DNA of 64,000 nucleotides from a virus (lineage: Duplodnaviria > Caudoviricetes). This document shows, piece by piece, positions 48,603-59,778 of the stretch. A model generated the notes under the pieces. The model was not told the origin of the DNA. It did no database searches and worked only from the letters and a program-made list of their open reading frames with translations. Both the position numbers and the translations under genes were made by a program. The stretch spans positions 25,508 to 89,507 of the IMG/VR virus record IMGVR_UViG_3300037067_007554; one strand, 5' to 3'. Numbering within the stretch: position 1 is the first letter of the stretch; every line of letters starts with the position of its first letter.

Positions 48603-50184
48603 TTAGGGGTTAAGGTTTTCGTTTTTCAGCCACGGACTTCCACCCTCCGCCATCTCCACCGCCGCTACCAGCTCGTCCGGCTCCAGGAACGGCCGCAACT
48701 GCTCCACGGTCGGCGGCTCGCCGTGCACCCGTCGCCACTCTCTAGCGAGGCACTGGACGTTGGAGCGAAGGTCAGAATCAGCCGTAATAGACATCTTCCT
48801 GCCGAGCCATGTTGAACTCGCTCCAAACGCCTTTCATCTCCTTAGTGAAGTTGAACCCGTCAACAGCCGGCACGTAGGCCCCGCATTGCCTGAGAGTCGC
48901 CAGAATGCACGCTGGACAATTCCCAGCCGCATCCCGTAATGAAGGAAGGGCGGTATCAAGGGCTTGCAGAAACGCCACTGGAACGCCATAGATACCGCCT
49001 TCGTTGTCGAGCGGGTAGTCACCTCTTTTTGGCAACTTCTCCAGCAGTAGACTCATGGGCGACTGTACTTGTTCCATGAGTTTGCACACCCCGCAGACCC
49101 GTCGGGGGTTCATCGTGCATCGCTCCTCATGCCGTCGTATGTGGCCAGCGGAACACCCGGACTTCTTGCAGAATTCGCAGTAGTAGCGGTTGACTCGCTT
49201 GCTCTTCATGGGAAGTCTCCTGGAACGTTGCTGCGGAGGTCGGAGGCTGTTGGTGGTTCAGTCATTGTCTGCAAGTACCACAGCCTCTCCATTGCACGTC
49301 GGGCACACGCACCAACGCTGTGGATCGATTCGATCAACGAAGGACTGGATATACCTCTCCAGGGTCACCTTCAGTTCGGAATACTCTTTTGCTTGAATCT
49401 CACCAATCTGCTCATAGCCTGATTTGTCCCGGTACTCGCCGACGATGCCAAGAACCCGCTTCGTGATTTGTGTTTCCGTGACCGTTTTCCACTTCGGGCG
49501 ACGAAACCCAACGTCCCTGCGGACCTTTCTGGGCGTGATTTTTAGCACAGCGTCAACGCCTAAGATGCCGATGTTTCGGCAATCGTGAAGCCGATACAGG
49601 CCGGGGTGCTTCGCCGTCTCCGCAACGACAGCTTCAGCGACCAGTTGGAATACCGCCGGCATGGATATGTGACATGGGTACTTATGTTGGATGGCCCGAT
49701 GAAACTTGAGATTCGATGGGAAATCCACGACGACGTAACTGGGCATGTCCACCGGCTCACAGTCGAAGTCGATGACCTCCCACTCCTGGGACTCTGGCTC
49801 CTGTGGATGGTCAACCCAAGCCGTCTCGTACAACTCGACGTGTTCTCCGCACCACACACCATCCTCATCCCGGGTGAATGCCTCCAGTGGGAGTTCACTC
49901 TCCAACGTCGTGACCACTCCGGCGAATTCCTCCTTGAGGCGAAAACCAGTCAATTGGCGAATCGGCTCCCGTTCGACGAAAATCGAGGTTACGTCGCCAT
50001 CGACCATCGCCCAGTGCTCATTGCCCGGACATGGTACGGCCATGGCACCGTTAATGAGCGTGACCTTGCGTTTCCAGTGATCACACTCAATGTATGAGGT
50101 TCCATCCTTCTTCATCACGAGCAATGGTTTCACGTTAGGTCTCCTTTTGTGTGTTGTATCAGATGGCATCGGCAGGCTCGTCAT
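48603..50184 (-). CDS. Three hypothetical genes: 48603-48794, 48778-49209 (Cys-rich), 49258-50184
   Basis: Tiling ORFs. Confidence 0.65.
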
Positions 50185-50927
50185 GGTCCGTCCTCCAGCC
50201 TGATTGGTGGCCAGACGATCCGGCCCACGGGCGAGACGGGCGTCGGGTTGCCGGGCGAGCCATCCATAATGAGTTTCTTTCTCAACGGTCGGTATTCATG
50301 CCCTGCTGCAAACAGAGTCTCCCGATTAAGACGATCATGCTGTTCTGCAACGGCCCTGATCTTCTCCAATTGAACAGGGTCGGATTCTAGATGCATCCAT
50401 CGTCTGCTGTTCACGATTCGACTGATTTGCCCCTTGCTCACAGCAAAGGCTTTCGCTAGGTCTACGTAACGATACTGCCCAGTAACGTAAAGCCTCCGAA
50501 TCTCGGCAACCTTCTCGGGTGTGAGTTTTGCGGTTCCGACAGTTTCGCCCCGACAGAGAGTACCGTGCCTTCGCGAATCCTCTGCGTTTTGTTGTTTTGT
50601 GTCCCACCGTAGATTTTCAATTCGGTTGTCGTGCTTATCCCCATTCTGGTGACAGCACACCATTGCGGATGGCCTTGGCCCGACGAATGCTTCCAGTATC
50701 AAGCGGTGAACCGTTCTCGGATAACTACGCCCATTGCATCGCAAGATGACACAGACATAGCCGGCTGTGTGCACTTTGGGTTTGAGCAAGTACCATCGAC
50801 CCGACGATTTGAGATGCCATATTGACCCATCCGAGCCAAACCAGTAGCCGGGATAGTCCGCCAGTGATCGATATTCGGTTCCCTGTTGCGAATCATCCCA
50901 CGGGGCGTTAGACTGAAATCCAGCCAT
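50181..50927 (-). CDS. HNH homing endonuclease 3 (NUMOD4-like, HNH, HTH)
   Basis: YRSLADYPGY..GSDG; TVHRLILEAFVGP..CCHQNGDKHDNRIENLRW.T..N. Confidence 0.88.
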   Translation of the reverse strand: MAGFQSNAPWDDSQQGTEYRSLADYPGYWFGSDGSIWHLKSSGRWYLLKPKVHTAGYVCVILRCNGRSYPRTVHRLILEAFVGPRPSAMVCCHQNGDKHDNRIENLRWDTKQQNAEDSRRHGTLCRGETVGTAKLTPEKVAEIRRLYVTGQYRYVDLAKAFAVSKGQISRIVNSRRWMHLESDPVQLEKIRAVAEQHDRLNRETLFAAGHEYRPLRKKLIMDGSPGNPTPVSPVGRIVWPPIRLEDGP

Positions 50928-50949
50928 GACCGTACCTCCGATACGTGTT

Positions 50950-51021
50950 GTGGTTAGAGCGACCTGGAGGGTGACGCCTTCAGGCCGCTCGCATTGTAAC
51001 GCATCGGTATTCATTTGTCTA
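50950..51021 (-). promoter_or_regulatory. sigma70 promoter plus hairpin heading HNH gene 3
   Basis: TAGACA-17-TACAAT-GCGAGCGGCC..GGTCGCTC-TAACCAC. Confidence 0.7.
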
Positions 51022-52742
51022 GTGGATTAGCGGGGCTGTTGTCCATGACGGGGCGGGGCGGTCGTGCTTCGTCCCTCTGGTCTTGCAGATACTCCATTGC
51101 CGCCTCATAGAGCGAGTCCCCGAGCCGCCCCGCACTATCGCAGAGCCGCTTGGTCTTGCCGAAACTCGCCATGCCCAGCTGTCCCTTGCCGAGCAGCGTG
51201 TAAATGATTACCACCTGGTCGGCACCAAGGGCCTTGGCTGCGTTACGGGCGACTGCCACTTCGGAACTTGGGTTCCAACTCATTTCCTACTCTCCATGAC
51301 GGGGCGGGGCGCCGGCTCGGGCGGGCGGGTCAGTTCCGCGGCCTCGGCCGCTCGCTGTTGCCGGCACCGCCTAACGAACCATTGCCGCAACGCCGGTACG
51401 TGATCGTCCATCACAGGATGGTCCGTCAGGTAAAACTCATCGCCATGAATGCGGTTCCCCGATTCGTCAACCGGCTTGAACGACGGGTCGTAAAGCACGT
51501 CGTCAATCAACTCCTCAACGTGACGCAACTCGGCTTGCAACGTGTCCCGCTCCCGCTCCAACTCGCCGATCCGGCGAAGGTGGGCGGTGGCAACCTGCTG
51601 CCAGTCAATCACCGAAGTCGATGGGCTTACGCTGACGATGGGGTCTACTGGTTCTGGCATGGGGGCTCCTTCGATTCGCGGGGCCTTCGCAGCGGCAAGG
51701 GCTTCGGCTGGGGATGGGGTGTCAGTCATAGTCAATCCTCCTCGTCGTAATCGTCGTCCCATTCATCCTCGCCCCATTCGCAGTCTTTGCAGCCGGGGCA
51801 CTCTGTCTCGCCGTGGAAGTGACAGACGCATTGGTCGCCACCGCAGAAGCAGTTGACGGAGCCTGTTCCGTTGCACCCGTCCTCAAGGCCGGACTCGTCG
51901 AATAGTTCTTCGTAGGTCCCCTGGGCACCGCACCAGCAGGTAATCACTTGGTCGTCGGGTTCGTCTTCGGCTTCGCACATGATTCGTTTCCTTTCTCCCC
52001 GAACGGTGCCCCGCAGTTGCAGCAGCGAGCCCAGCATGGGGCGTCGGCGATCAGCAACGTCCGTATGCTGTGACACTGCGGGCAGGGCGGGCCGGGTTGG
52101 GTGTTAGGGGTCATCGCCACCTCCTCTTCTGGCCTTCGGCCATTCGCCACAGTTCGTCCTCGCAGACCGACACGACGTAGACCAGCGGGCCGGTTATCAG
52201 GAGGAGCAGCAAGAGCAGGGTCATCATGGGGATTCCTTTCCTTCTGTTTCACGGAGTGCAGCAAGCCCCTCCCTGATAATCTTCCCGGCGGTCCTGGCCG
52301 GCACTCGCCCGAACTGGTCGTCGCACGCCCAGCACACGACGAGGCCGCCGAGCGAGACGATGGTCGTCTCAGACTCTTTCTCGCAAATCGAGCAACGACG
52401 TTTGAGAGGCTTCACGGTTTTCACCCGCTCGTTCTGCGGAAGTCAAACATCTATCTTCACCTTGGCTTTCTCGGCCGCGGCCTGGGTGGAGTAGGCATCA
52501 CTGATCAGTGCATATCCGCGAATCGCTTTTTCGCCATCGGCGAGCGTTGGCAGCCTCTCCACGTACTCCAGCAACGTGGCTAGGGCATCGGCAGCGGTCA
52601 CGTCTTCTGCCAACGTTTCCGACGCCTCGGGAAAGTGCTGCGGCAGAATCTCTCCGCACTCTCGAAGCAAGTGCTCCAGCCGCTTTAGCCGTTCAATCGC
52701 CGTCTTGATGTCGATGGTCGGTGTGATTGGTTGGTCAGGCAT
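51011..52742 (-). CDS. Small hypothetical genes: 51011-51283, 51280-51729, 51732-51980 (Cys/acidic), 52224-52424, 52443-52742
   Basis: Tiling ORFs. Confidence 0.6.
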
Positions 52743-52765
52743 GGGGTGATCCTTTCAGGTTGGAC

Positions 52766-53929
52766 TCAAACAAGCGTCTGTTGCTCACCCGGCGTCCTCG
52801 GCTTTCGCTTCGGCTTCAGCGCTTGCTCCCGGGCCATGATGGCGGCCAGCGTGCCAACCTTATCCCTGCCAACGAGCCCCGGGTCCGCGTCGGCCTGAAT
52901 GCGGAGCTTGCCGAGAGCGGCCAAATCCCTGTATTCCATCGCCCGATCTGTGTACTCGCCCCGGAGCCGGTTGCTGGTCTCGCGGATGGAGTCGGACTCC
53001 TGCTGCACCTGGTCGTTTGTGGGCTCGCTCGCGGCCACCTGCTGCGATACGTCGGGCGGTTGGTCCGAATGGACTTGGGGTAGGTCAGACGCAGCGGGCT
53101 CGCCACGGACAACCGTCACGGCTTCCTGCGCGTGGGCGAAAGCGGTGAACTCTTGTGGTTCGGGCTCTTGTGTGATGGCCGGTTTGGTAAGCCTGTCCGC
53201 AAGGTTGTCGGTTCGGGACCCAGCCTGCTCTTGCTTCGTCGGTGCGACGATCCCCATACGCCCGTGGAACATGTGTGCCCCCACCTCCTCGGCAACGTAG
53301 TCGCCTCCAAGCTCTTCCGGAAAAGCAGACCGAAGAGCTTCAGCCTCGGCGCATTTGTCGATCATCCCGATGGGACGATCCGCCCACATCGAATTGGGAC
53401 AGCCATTCTTTTTTGAGGCATAGGTTTCGAGCCAGTAGACCCGCCGGCCCGGGAATGAGCACCTCTGGCCAGCCACCATCTTGTAGACCGTCAACTGGGC
53501 CCACTCAGGAAAGCTCACCGTGACCTCGCCGTACTTGTTTCCCTTTCGGTCCACGTCATCCCATGTTTGAGTCTTCATTGGCCCATGAACGACTTCGTCG
53601 TGGCCTGCGTAGTCGTGTGTCCGATGGGCCGTCGTGCGGTGTTCGGCGATCCCCGGCCAGACGGTTTCCACTTCACACTGCCGCTCCTTGTCCCATATCG
53701 GTACGATGTGAACCGTCCGCTTGAACGGGTCCAGCCCCCGGGCTCGGCAATAGGAGAGGGCGAGAATCACGGCATCGGTACTACGCGCCGACGGGAAAAT
53801 CGCATCCGTCAAAGCACGCCACCCCGACTTGTCGATGCCGAAACGCTCCTGAATGGCCGGATGGTACGGCAGTCTTGCCGCCATGATCGCCGGCAATTGT
53901 TCCTTGGATTTCTCGGTCATTGTGCTCAC
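52766..53929 (-). CDS. bet: Bet/RecT-family single-strand annealing protein
   Basis: YCRARGLDPFKR.VHIVP..GIAEHR.A.R...YAG; W...P..M..K.AEA.ALR.AFP. Confidence 0.85.
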   Translation of the reverse strand: MSTMTEKSKEQLPAIMAARLPYHPAIQERFGIDKSGWRALTDAIFPSARSTDAVILALSYCRARGLDPFKRTVHIVPIWDKERQCEVETVWPGIAEHRTTAHRTHDYAGHDEVVHGPMKTQTWDDVDRKGNKYGEVTVSFPEWAQLTVYKMVAGQRCSFPGRRVYWLETYASKKNGCPNSMWADRPIGMIDKCAEAEALRSAFPEELGGDYVAEEVGAHMFHGRMGIVAPTKQEQAGSRTDNLADRLTKPAITQEPEPQEFTAFAHAQEAVTVVRGEPAASDLPQVHSDQPPDVSQQVAASEPTNDQVQQESDSIRETSNRLRGEYTDRAMEYRDLAALGKLRIQADADPGLVGRDKVGTLAAIMAREQALKPKRKPRTPGEQQTLV

Positions 53930-54852
53930 TTTTTGGGCTCCTTGATTCGTAGGACTCGGTAACTTGACTGACTGACGTACTTCGCCGCCTCCGGCATCGC
54001 GGCCAGTAGGGCGGTTGTATCGACACGCTTTTGCCCCTTCTGCGATAGGTAGGTGAGCATCCGGCCATCGGGCAATAGCCCACCTTCGCTATCTCCAAGC
54101 AGCGCCAGCAGCCTTTCCTTGGCGGTCTTCTCCTCTTTCTCCAAAAGCAACCTCGCGGCGTTGGCCTCCTGAAAATCCTCCAGCAAGGCGACTGCATTCT
54201 CCACCTGACACAGGTCGGCCACGGTCTCCGGTTGCCGGTGGATTTTGGATAGGATCTCCAGCGGCGGTGGGGCACAATCGATCGGCGGGATCTTCGGCAG
54301 AACGTGGTTGTGCCAGAACGCCAAGTCTTTCTCCACCAGCCATGCGATGATGGGGTCATTGCGCGGAACCTTGAACATTTGCCATTCGAGCGTGAATCGG
54401 GCGATCGCCGCGACCACCCACACGCAGTCCAGTTCACTGACGTGACACTGGTGCTGACATTGGATATTTACGTGGTCTGGCACATCGTCTGTGCCAGGTT
54501 CGCCCCATTCTCCGACAGCGTTGGGACCAACGTACTTGGCCTCGACACCTTCCCGCTTGGTCCTTAATAGGGCATCATGGGATGCTGCGAGGATTCCGCC
54601 GTTTTCCTGTGACACCCGGAACTGATTCCGAATGATTGCATTGCCGAGCTGCTCCTCCGCAAAGTCGAGCAGCGGACCTTCAAGACGATTGCCGGTTAGC
54701 ATCGCCGCGGTCGGCTCGTCATCCGATTCATACACTTTGGAAAAGTAGACTTTGGCCGCATCGCCCCACGGGGACAAACCCGCAATCAAAGGGCTGTCGC
54801 TGGCCCCGATGTGGCTACGGCGCAGGTTTCGCTGATGGTCAGTGATGGGCAT
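53926..54852 (-). CDS. YqaJ-family (lambda Exo-like) exonuclease
   Basis: RR.HIGASD...G.SPW; G.RLE; AS.DA..VEAK; QCQHQ. Confidence 0.9.
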   Translation of the reverse strand: MPITDHQRNLRRSHIGASDSPLIAGLSPWGDAAKVYFSKVYESDDEPTAAMLTGNRLEGPLLDFAEEQLGNAIIRNQFRVSQENGGILAASHDALLRTKREGVEAKYVGPNAVGEWGEPGTDDVPDHVNIQCQHQCHVSELDCVWVVAAIARFTLEWQMFKVPRNDPIIAWLVEKDLAFWHNHVLPKIPPIDCAPPPLEILSKIHRQPETVADLCQVENAVALLEDFQEANAARLLLEKEEKTAKERLLALLGDSEGGLLPDGRMLTYLSQKGQKRVDTTALLAAMPEAAKYVSQSSYRVLRIKEPKK

Positions 54853-54925
54853 TTTTCACCTCCTTAGTGCCCGCCTCATTTCTGTTTCGCGTCGGCGGGC
54901 GGGCTCGCCCACGACATCCCTGCTC

Positions 54926-55583
54926 TCAGGGTTGCGGAGTCTCGACTGGTTGGCCGTCGCTCGCCATGCGGAGCTTGCGTAATATCGCCTCCTGCGCCTC
55001 GGTGTAGCCGAGTGCGAAGGCCAGCCGGAGAGCCGAAGAGATAACGTCCCGGTGAAAAGCATTTGGGAAGATTCGGGACACCTGTCTCCAGATGCTCTCC
55101 AGGACCAGGTCCTGTGCCTTCTCGAATCCCAAGGGCGGATGCGTGATCGTGTCAATGGTCTTGATGTTGCTGGCGATGGCTTTACAGAGCCCCGCCGAAT
55201 CTCTCCACGCCGCCTCGACGGCCTCGACGGCCTCGCCCGTGGGCTGGCCGCCGGTAGGTGCTACGGCCGAGTGTTCTTGTCCGCTGCACATATCAGGTCT
55301 CCTTGTTCATCCGGCCTCCGCGTCGTGCTTCGGCCGGGCTGTCCTGTCACCTGGCATCGTGCCAGTCCTTCGCCGCGTCTCAGCCGCAGCCGTCCACTTT
55401 GGTTGCCGAATCCAGCCACGCCTCGACCTCTCTGTGAGAAACGGGGACCAACTTGCCGACACCATCTACCTGGACCCGCACGTCATCGTGGCGAATCTCT
55501 CGCACCATGACGTGGTGTCCGCTGGCCTCAAAAGCCGTTCCAATCCCGACCGCGGGTCGCTGTGATTCACTCTCTCTTGCCAT
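54926..55583 (-). CDS. Two hypothetical genes: 54926-55291, 55380-55583
   Basis: AAGGAG SD before each. Confidence 0.6.
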
Positions 55584-55663
55584 GACTGTCTCCTTTGTTT
55601 TCACCCGCCGCCCCAGGACACCCCGGGTAAAACGGCGGGGCACTACTGCTACTCGCGTGCAAG

Positions 55664-55753
55664 TGGGGGTGTGCCGACTTGAACGGCCTCGTCTCACAGG
55701 ACAGGTCACGGCTGGATTCCTTGCCGCTGGTGTGCCCGCCACCACGCACCCCC
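55664..55753 (-). tRNA. Degenerate tRNA-like element (about 90 nt, long variable arm)
   Basis: 7-bp acceptor GGGGGTG/CACCCCC, 4-bp D stem TGGT/ACCA, T loop TTCAAGT; anticodon arm is non-canonical. Confidence 0.4.
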
Positions 55754-55957
55754 AAGTGCCGTCTCTCCGGCTGTCACGACTCCGCACTTCGGCTGCTGCC
55801 CCTGCGATTGGCCAGCACAAGACCAACGGGGAGGGCAGGACGCCAAGGCGTGCCCCGCGTATAACCCGCTTTCGTCGGCCGGTATCGCGCGTCGTTCCAC
55901 GCCGACCCCGCCTGATGCTTATTCGGTCTCGTCTCAGGATTCGACCCGCCATGTTGG

Positions 55958-56578
55958 CTACACCGTGGGTCCTTTCGTTGGTAAGGGTGTTTCAAGTGCC
56001 GGGATTCCTGGTTCCCGGCGGGCCACGATCGCAGGCATCGCGACTCTGATCCCACTGACAATTTCCAAAACATGCGTCATCGACCAGTTGCCGTCCGACT
56101 TCGGCTCGACTTGCGGAAGAAACCAAGGAACAAACTGCGATTTCCATTCCTCCCGCGGAATCCAGCCGCCGACCCCAATGCAGTTGATGTCGAAAATCTC
56201 GTGACCGCCACCGTGAAGGTCGCGGTGGCCAATCCAGTGCGTATGCCGGTAGCGGGCGGGGATTGGTACGCCTTCATTCATCCACGGGCCGTGCCATTGG
56301 ATTCGCACCAGGCCGTATCCTGGCCATACTCCGCGGTCGATCGCTCTCCACCGCACGCCGAGACTTCGCAGAATGGCGAACATGAGCGTCGGATTCGTAT
56401 AGCCCTTTCGCTCAAAGTCGCCCATGTGCGGGCGGAGTTCATCGGGAGTCATCCGAACCACGGCCGCTATCGCGCCTGGACCGCAGTTCATTCCCCACTC
56501 CTTGTAGGCCGCTTCTGCATCATCGCAGGAGTAGGGCAGGCCAACTTGTAGATAGTAGTCAGGCTTCATCGGCATCAT
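55958..56578 (-). CDS. Papain-like (C39-like) cysteine peptidase-fold protein
   Basis: NCGPGAIA, THWI, IFDIN triad pattern. Confidence 0.6.
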   Translation of the reverse strand: MMPMKPDYYLQVGLPYSCDDAEAAYKEWGMNCGPGAIAAVVRMTPDELRPHMGDFERKGYTNPTLMFAILRSLGVRWRAIDRGVWPGYGLVRIQWHGPWMNEGVPIPARYRHTHWIGHRDLHGGGHEIFDINCIGVGGWIPREEWKSQFVPWFLPQVEPKSDGNWSMTHVLEIVSGIRVAMPAIVARREPGIPALETPLPTKGPTV

Positions 56579-59500
56579 CCTCCGCTTGCCGGACAGTCAC
56601 CCATAGGTTTCGTTTCGTCCCACTCGACGTACTTCCTGCCCATACCGAGCTTCGCACGCAGGGCGTTTACCTCACGGCGAAGAGATATGTTCTCTTTTTC
56701 CAAAGAGAATACATCCCTCACGATGCTATCGACGACCGCCTGAACCTCTGGGCCGATGACAATGCCAGTGAACTCCAGATCGCGTGCTATGGCTTGTTGC
56801 ATTGTCATCTGCTGGCTTCCGTCTGGTCGCTTCTGCCCGACAATGGCTGCCGCTGCAAGGCGTCCACTTCTTCCCATGTCGGCAAAGGTGGGTCGCCCGG
56901 CGCGATCCCGAGTTCCGTCTCCAGAAGGGTCCGGTCGTCGTTCAACTGCCGTGCCAGATAAGCCACTGTCTGGCCATCGAATGGGTCAAGGCAATCCAAC
57001 CCGGCAAGGTATTTGAGCAAGCCATCGCGGACATGCCTAACCAGACGCTTGTAGTGGCCACGATCCCGGAGGGCATCTTGCAAATGGCCCAACAGTGTCG
57101 GCAAAGCGAAGGCCGGCACTTCGTCCAGCCCCAATTTCATCAACGCTTCGGCTCTGTTGTCAGTCATATCCAATCCGATCCCAAGAGGATAGAGACAAAC
57201 ACGATGCACAACGCCGTCACAAATCCTGCGATGAACCAGAACATGATTTTTCCTATCCATGCCTCATGGTTTCGTGGGGCCGCTGAATCGGCAACGGCTT
57301 ATCCGCTTCCGCCACCGCCCGCTTGCATCCCACGCGAATCCGCGGACAAAGTGCGTAGGCTGCCTTCACGGCTTCTTCCAGCGTGCAGCCTCCACCTTGG
57401 GCGTTCCGATAGCTGTACTGCCAGCCGCCGAAACTCACGAAGCCTCTGCCCTCTGCGATCTCTGCGTCTTCACGCCAGACGTAGGCACAATCCTCTTTCA
57501 TCGGCAACTTCGCCGGGGCGTCTCTCTCGGCGACTTCAGCCGCATCTGGCCCCCAGAATCCATCGTTGTCCTGCTGGTTGTCGTCAAATCGGTACAAGTT
57601 GAAGAACTCGTGAAGCACGGCGATCATCTCGCCCTTGCGGGCACGGTCGCGGAGTTCCTTCAGGTGCGAGACGAGTTGGTTGCGGAGCCAAGCGAGGTTC
57701 GGAGGCAACTCGTTCCGTAGGCAGTTCTCAAGGTTCATTCGCATTTCGCTTGCTCCGTACAGGCGGGCTCATCGTGATATATAGGCAGTCCTGCGCCGCC
57801 CGCACGGCTGCATAGTTCGCACAGGATTTGCCAGACCACCGGCTGACCACAGAAGGTGCAAGTTTCATCGAACTTAACTTGCTGTGCCGATTTCTCGGCT
57901 TGGCATGTTTCGCACCACCAGTAGCCCTGACGTTCATTCTCCATTTTCCGGTCCCCACATGATGTCGGTGACAGTCTTCTGCTCGGGAGTTAGTTTCCCA
58001 GGATTCCGTTTCATGTTCTGTTTAACCCACGCTTCGTGTATCCGATTTACTGCCGAGGCGCGAACGATTACAAATTCATTTGATTGTGTTGACCCAACAC
58101 CAACCATTTCAGCGTCCAGGTCGCCGCACGCATCAGCGAGAACCCGAAGCAATTCAAGCTCTCCGGCCTGCCTCTCCGCCAGATCAACGACTCCCAGCAT
58201 AATCGTTGCGTCCTCGATTACATCCTGGGGGTGCTGCGTCACGGACATTGACGATCCTCTTTGGTATGCGAGGCGGATTGTCTTTTCGCACGCAGCCCTC
58301 ACTAGCGCCCGTCCTTCTTGTGTGTCAAGCTCTGGTCTCATTAGTGTAATCCCCTCCTCATGCACTCACTGATAAGCTCGCCGTCGCTGAAGTCACCGAT
58401 GCGTTGCGGCGAGCACTTGGCACGATCCTCAATGGCATGGATGATCCGGTCGATGGTGTTCGGCTTCTTCGCGGTGATAAGCTGGTTGCTCATCACCCGC
58501 AGTTCGTGAATCGCTTCGTCGTAGGTCATGGATTTCTCCTCAGTGCGGCGGTTGCCATCGAAGGCACGGGCAACAGGGGTCGCAATGCGGCTTGTCCCCG
58601 CCGTCGCAGCCGGGATTTCCCCGGCCGTTTGCATAAGGCACCTCCCTTCGTATTCGCCGAAAGATGTTTGCCCACGGTCTCTCTCACTTTCCGGTGTCAC
58701 TTCGGCTTGCTCTGCTGGTCGCTTGGCTCGGCAAGGGCGATGACAGCACGGGCGTTCACCCATTGGCAGAGGGTCGCGTGCCCGCGATACTTCGTCTGCC
58801 GACAGCAAATACAGGTTGCGTTGTGGCCTACCCATTCCCGCCTGGTCAGGGCCTCGCACGCCTCCAGCAGCTCCTTCGCGGCCTTCTCCAACGGTGTCCG
58901 TTGCTCGGCACGCTGAAGGGCCTCGGCAACGTCGCTGTTTTTGATGCTGCATCTTGGGTCCAATCCGTACCGCTCTAGGATCGCGCGGCGTTCGTAAATG
59001 GTCATGGTCATGGGGTCTTCCCCTTCAGGCTTGCAACGACCTGCTCAAGGATTTCCGTTGAAACCATGTACACGTAGTCTCGTTTGACATTCTTCGGGTC
59101 GATGCCCAGCCGCTTGCACAATTCCACGTGGTTATCCTTCGTAAGTGCCGCGTTGATCTTCTGCCACAATCTCACCCTCTTTCGCTCCTCTGCGATTGCC
59201 TCGCCAATGATTCGGATACGGGTAGCAATCTTTTGCCTCCCTATCGTATATCCTCGCTCATCCTGTTCGCGTTCTTTGTACGTCACTGCCGTGGCACACG
59301 TGACTCCATCCTTGACAGAAATGCTCGTCACATCATACCTGATTCCCCGCCACGTCACGCTGCACCCGACACAGAGTCGCTCGCGTTTCCGTCTTCCGCC
59401 CCCGTGCATGTAGTCACTCCCGGGAACCTCAACATCGTCGGCTATCAGAGGTGACATGCTGTTGGCGTGCTCATAAGCCTTGCACGCCGACAAGTTCAAT

Positions 59501-59745
59501 GCAGCCACGGCGTGCGTGTAGAATCGATCATCGGGCGTGCCGCACCAGTGGCCATAACCGAAGTCATCTGCGAATCTATGCCAGTCGTCCAGGTCGAATG
59601 TCATTCCCGACCCGATAGCAAGGGACAAGGCCATGTACATCGAATGGTTGCTTCGCTCCCATGAATGCCCGGATTGCTCCGAGTTGTTGTCCCAGACATG
59701 CTTCAGGAGCATGTAGGCTGGGGAATCGTTCTTCTTCTTCGTCAT
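56575..59745 (-). CDS. Run of hypothetical genes: 56575-56808, 56805-57260, 57253-57738, 57735-57944, 57934-58341, 58341-58529, 58697-59011, 59008-59745
   Basis: Coupled start/stop codons. Confidence 0.65.
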
Positions 59746-59778
59746 GGCGATTCCTTTCTGTCCTCGTCTATCGATCAC

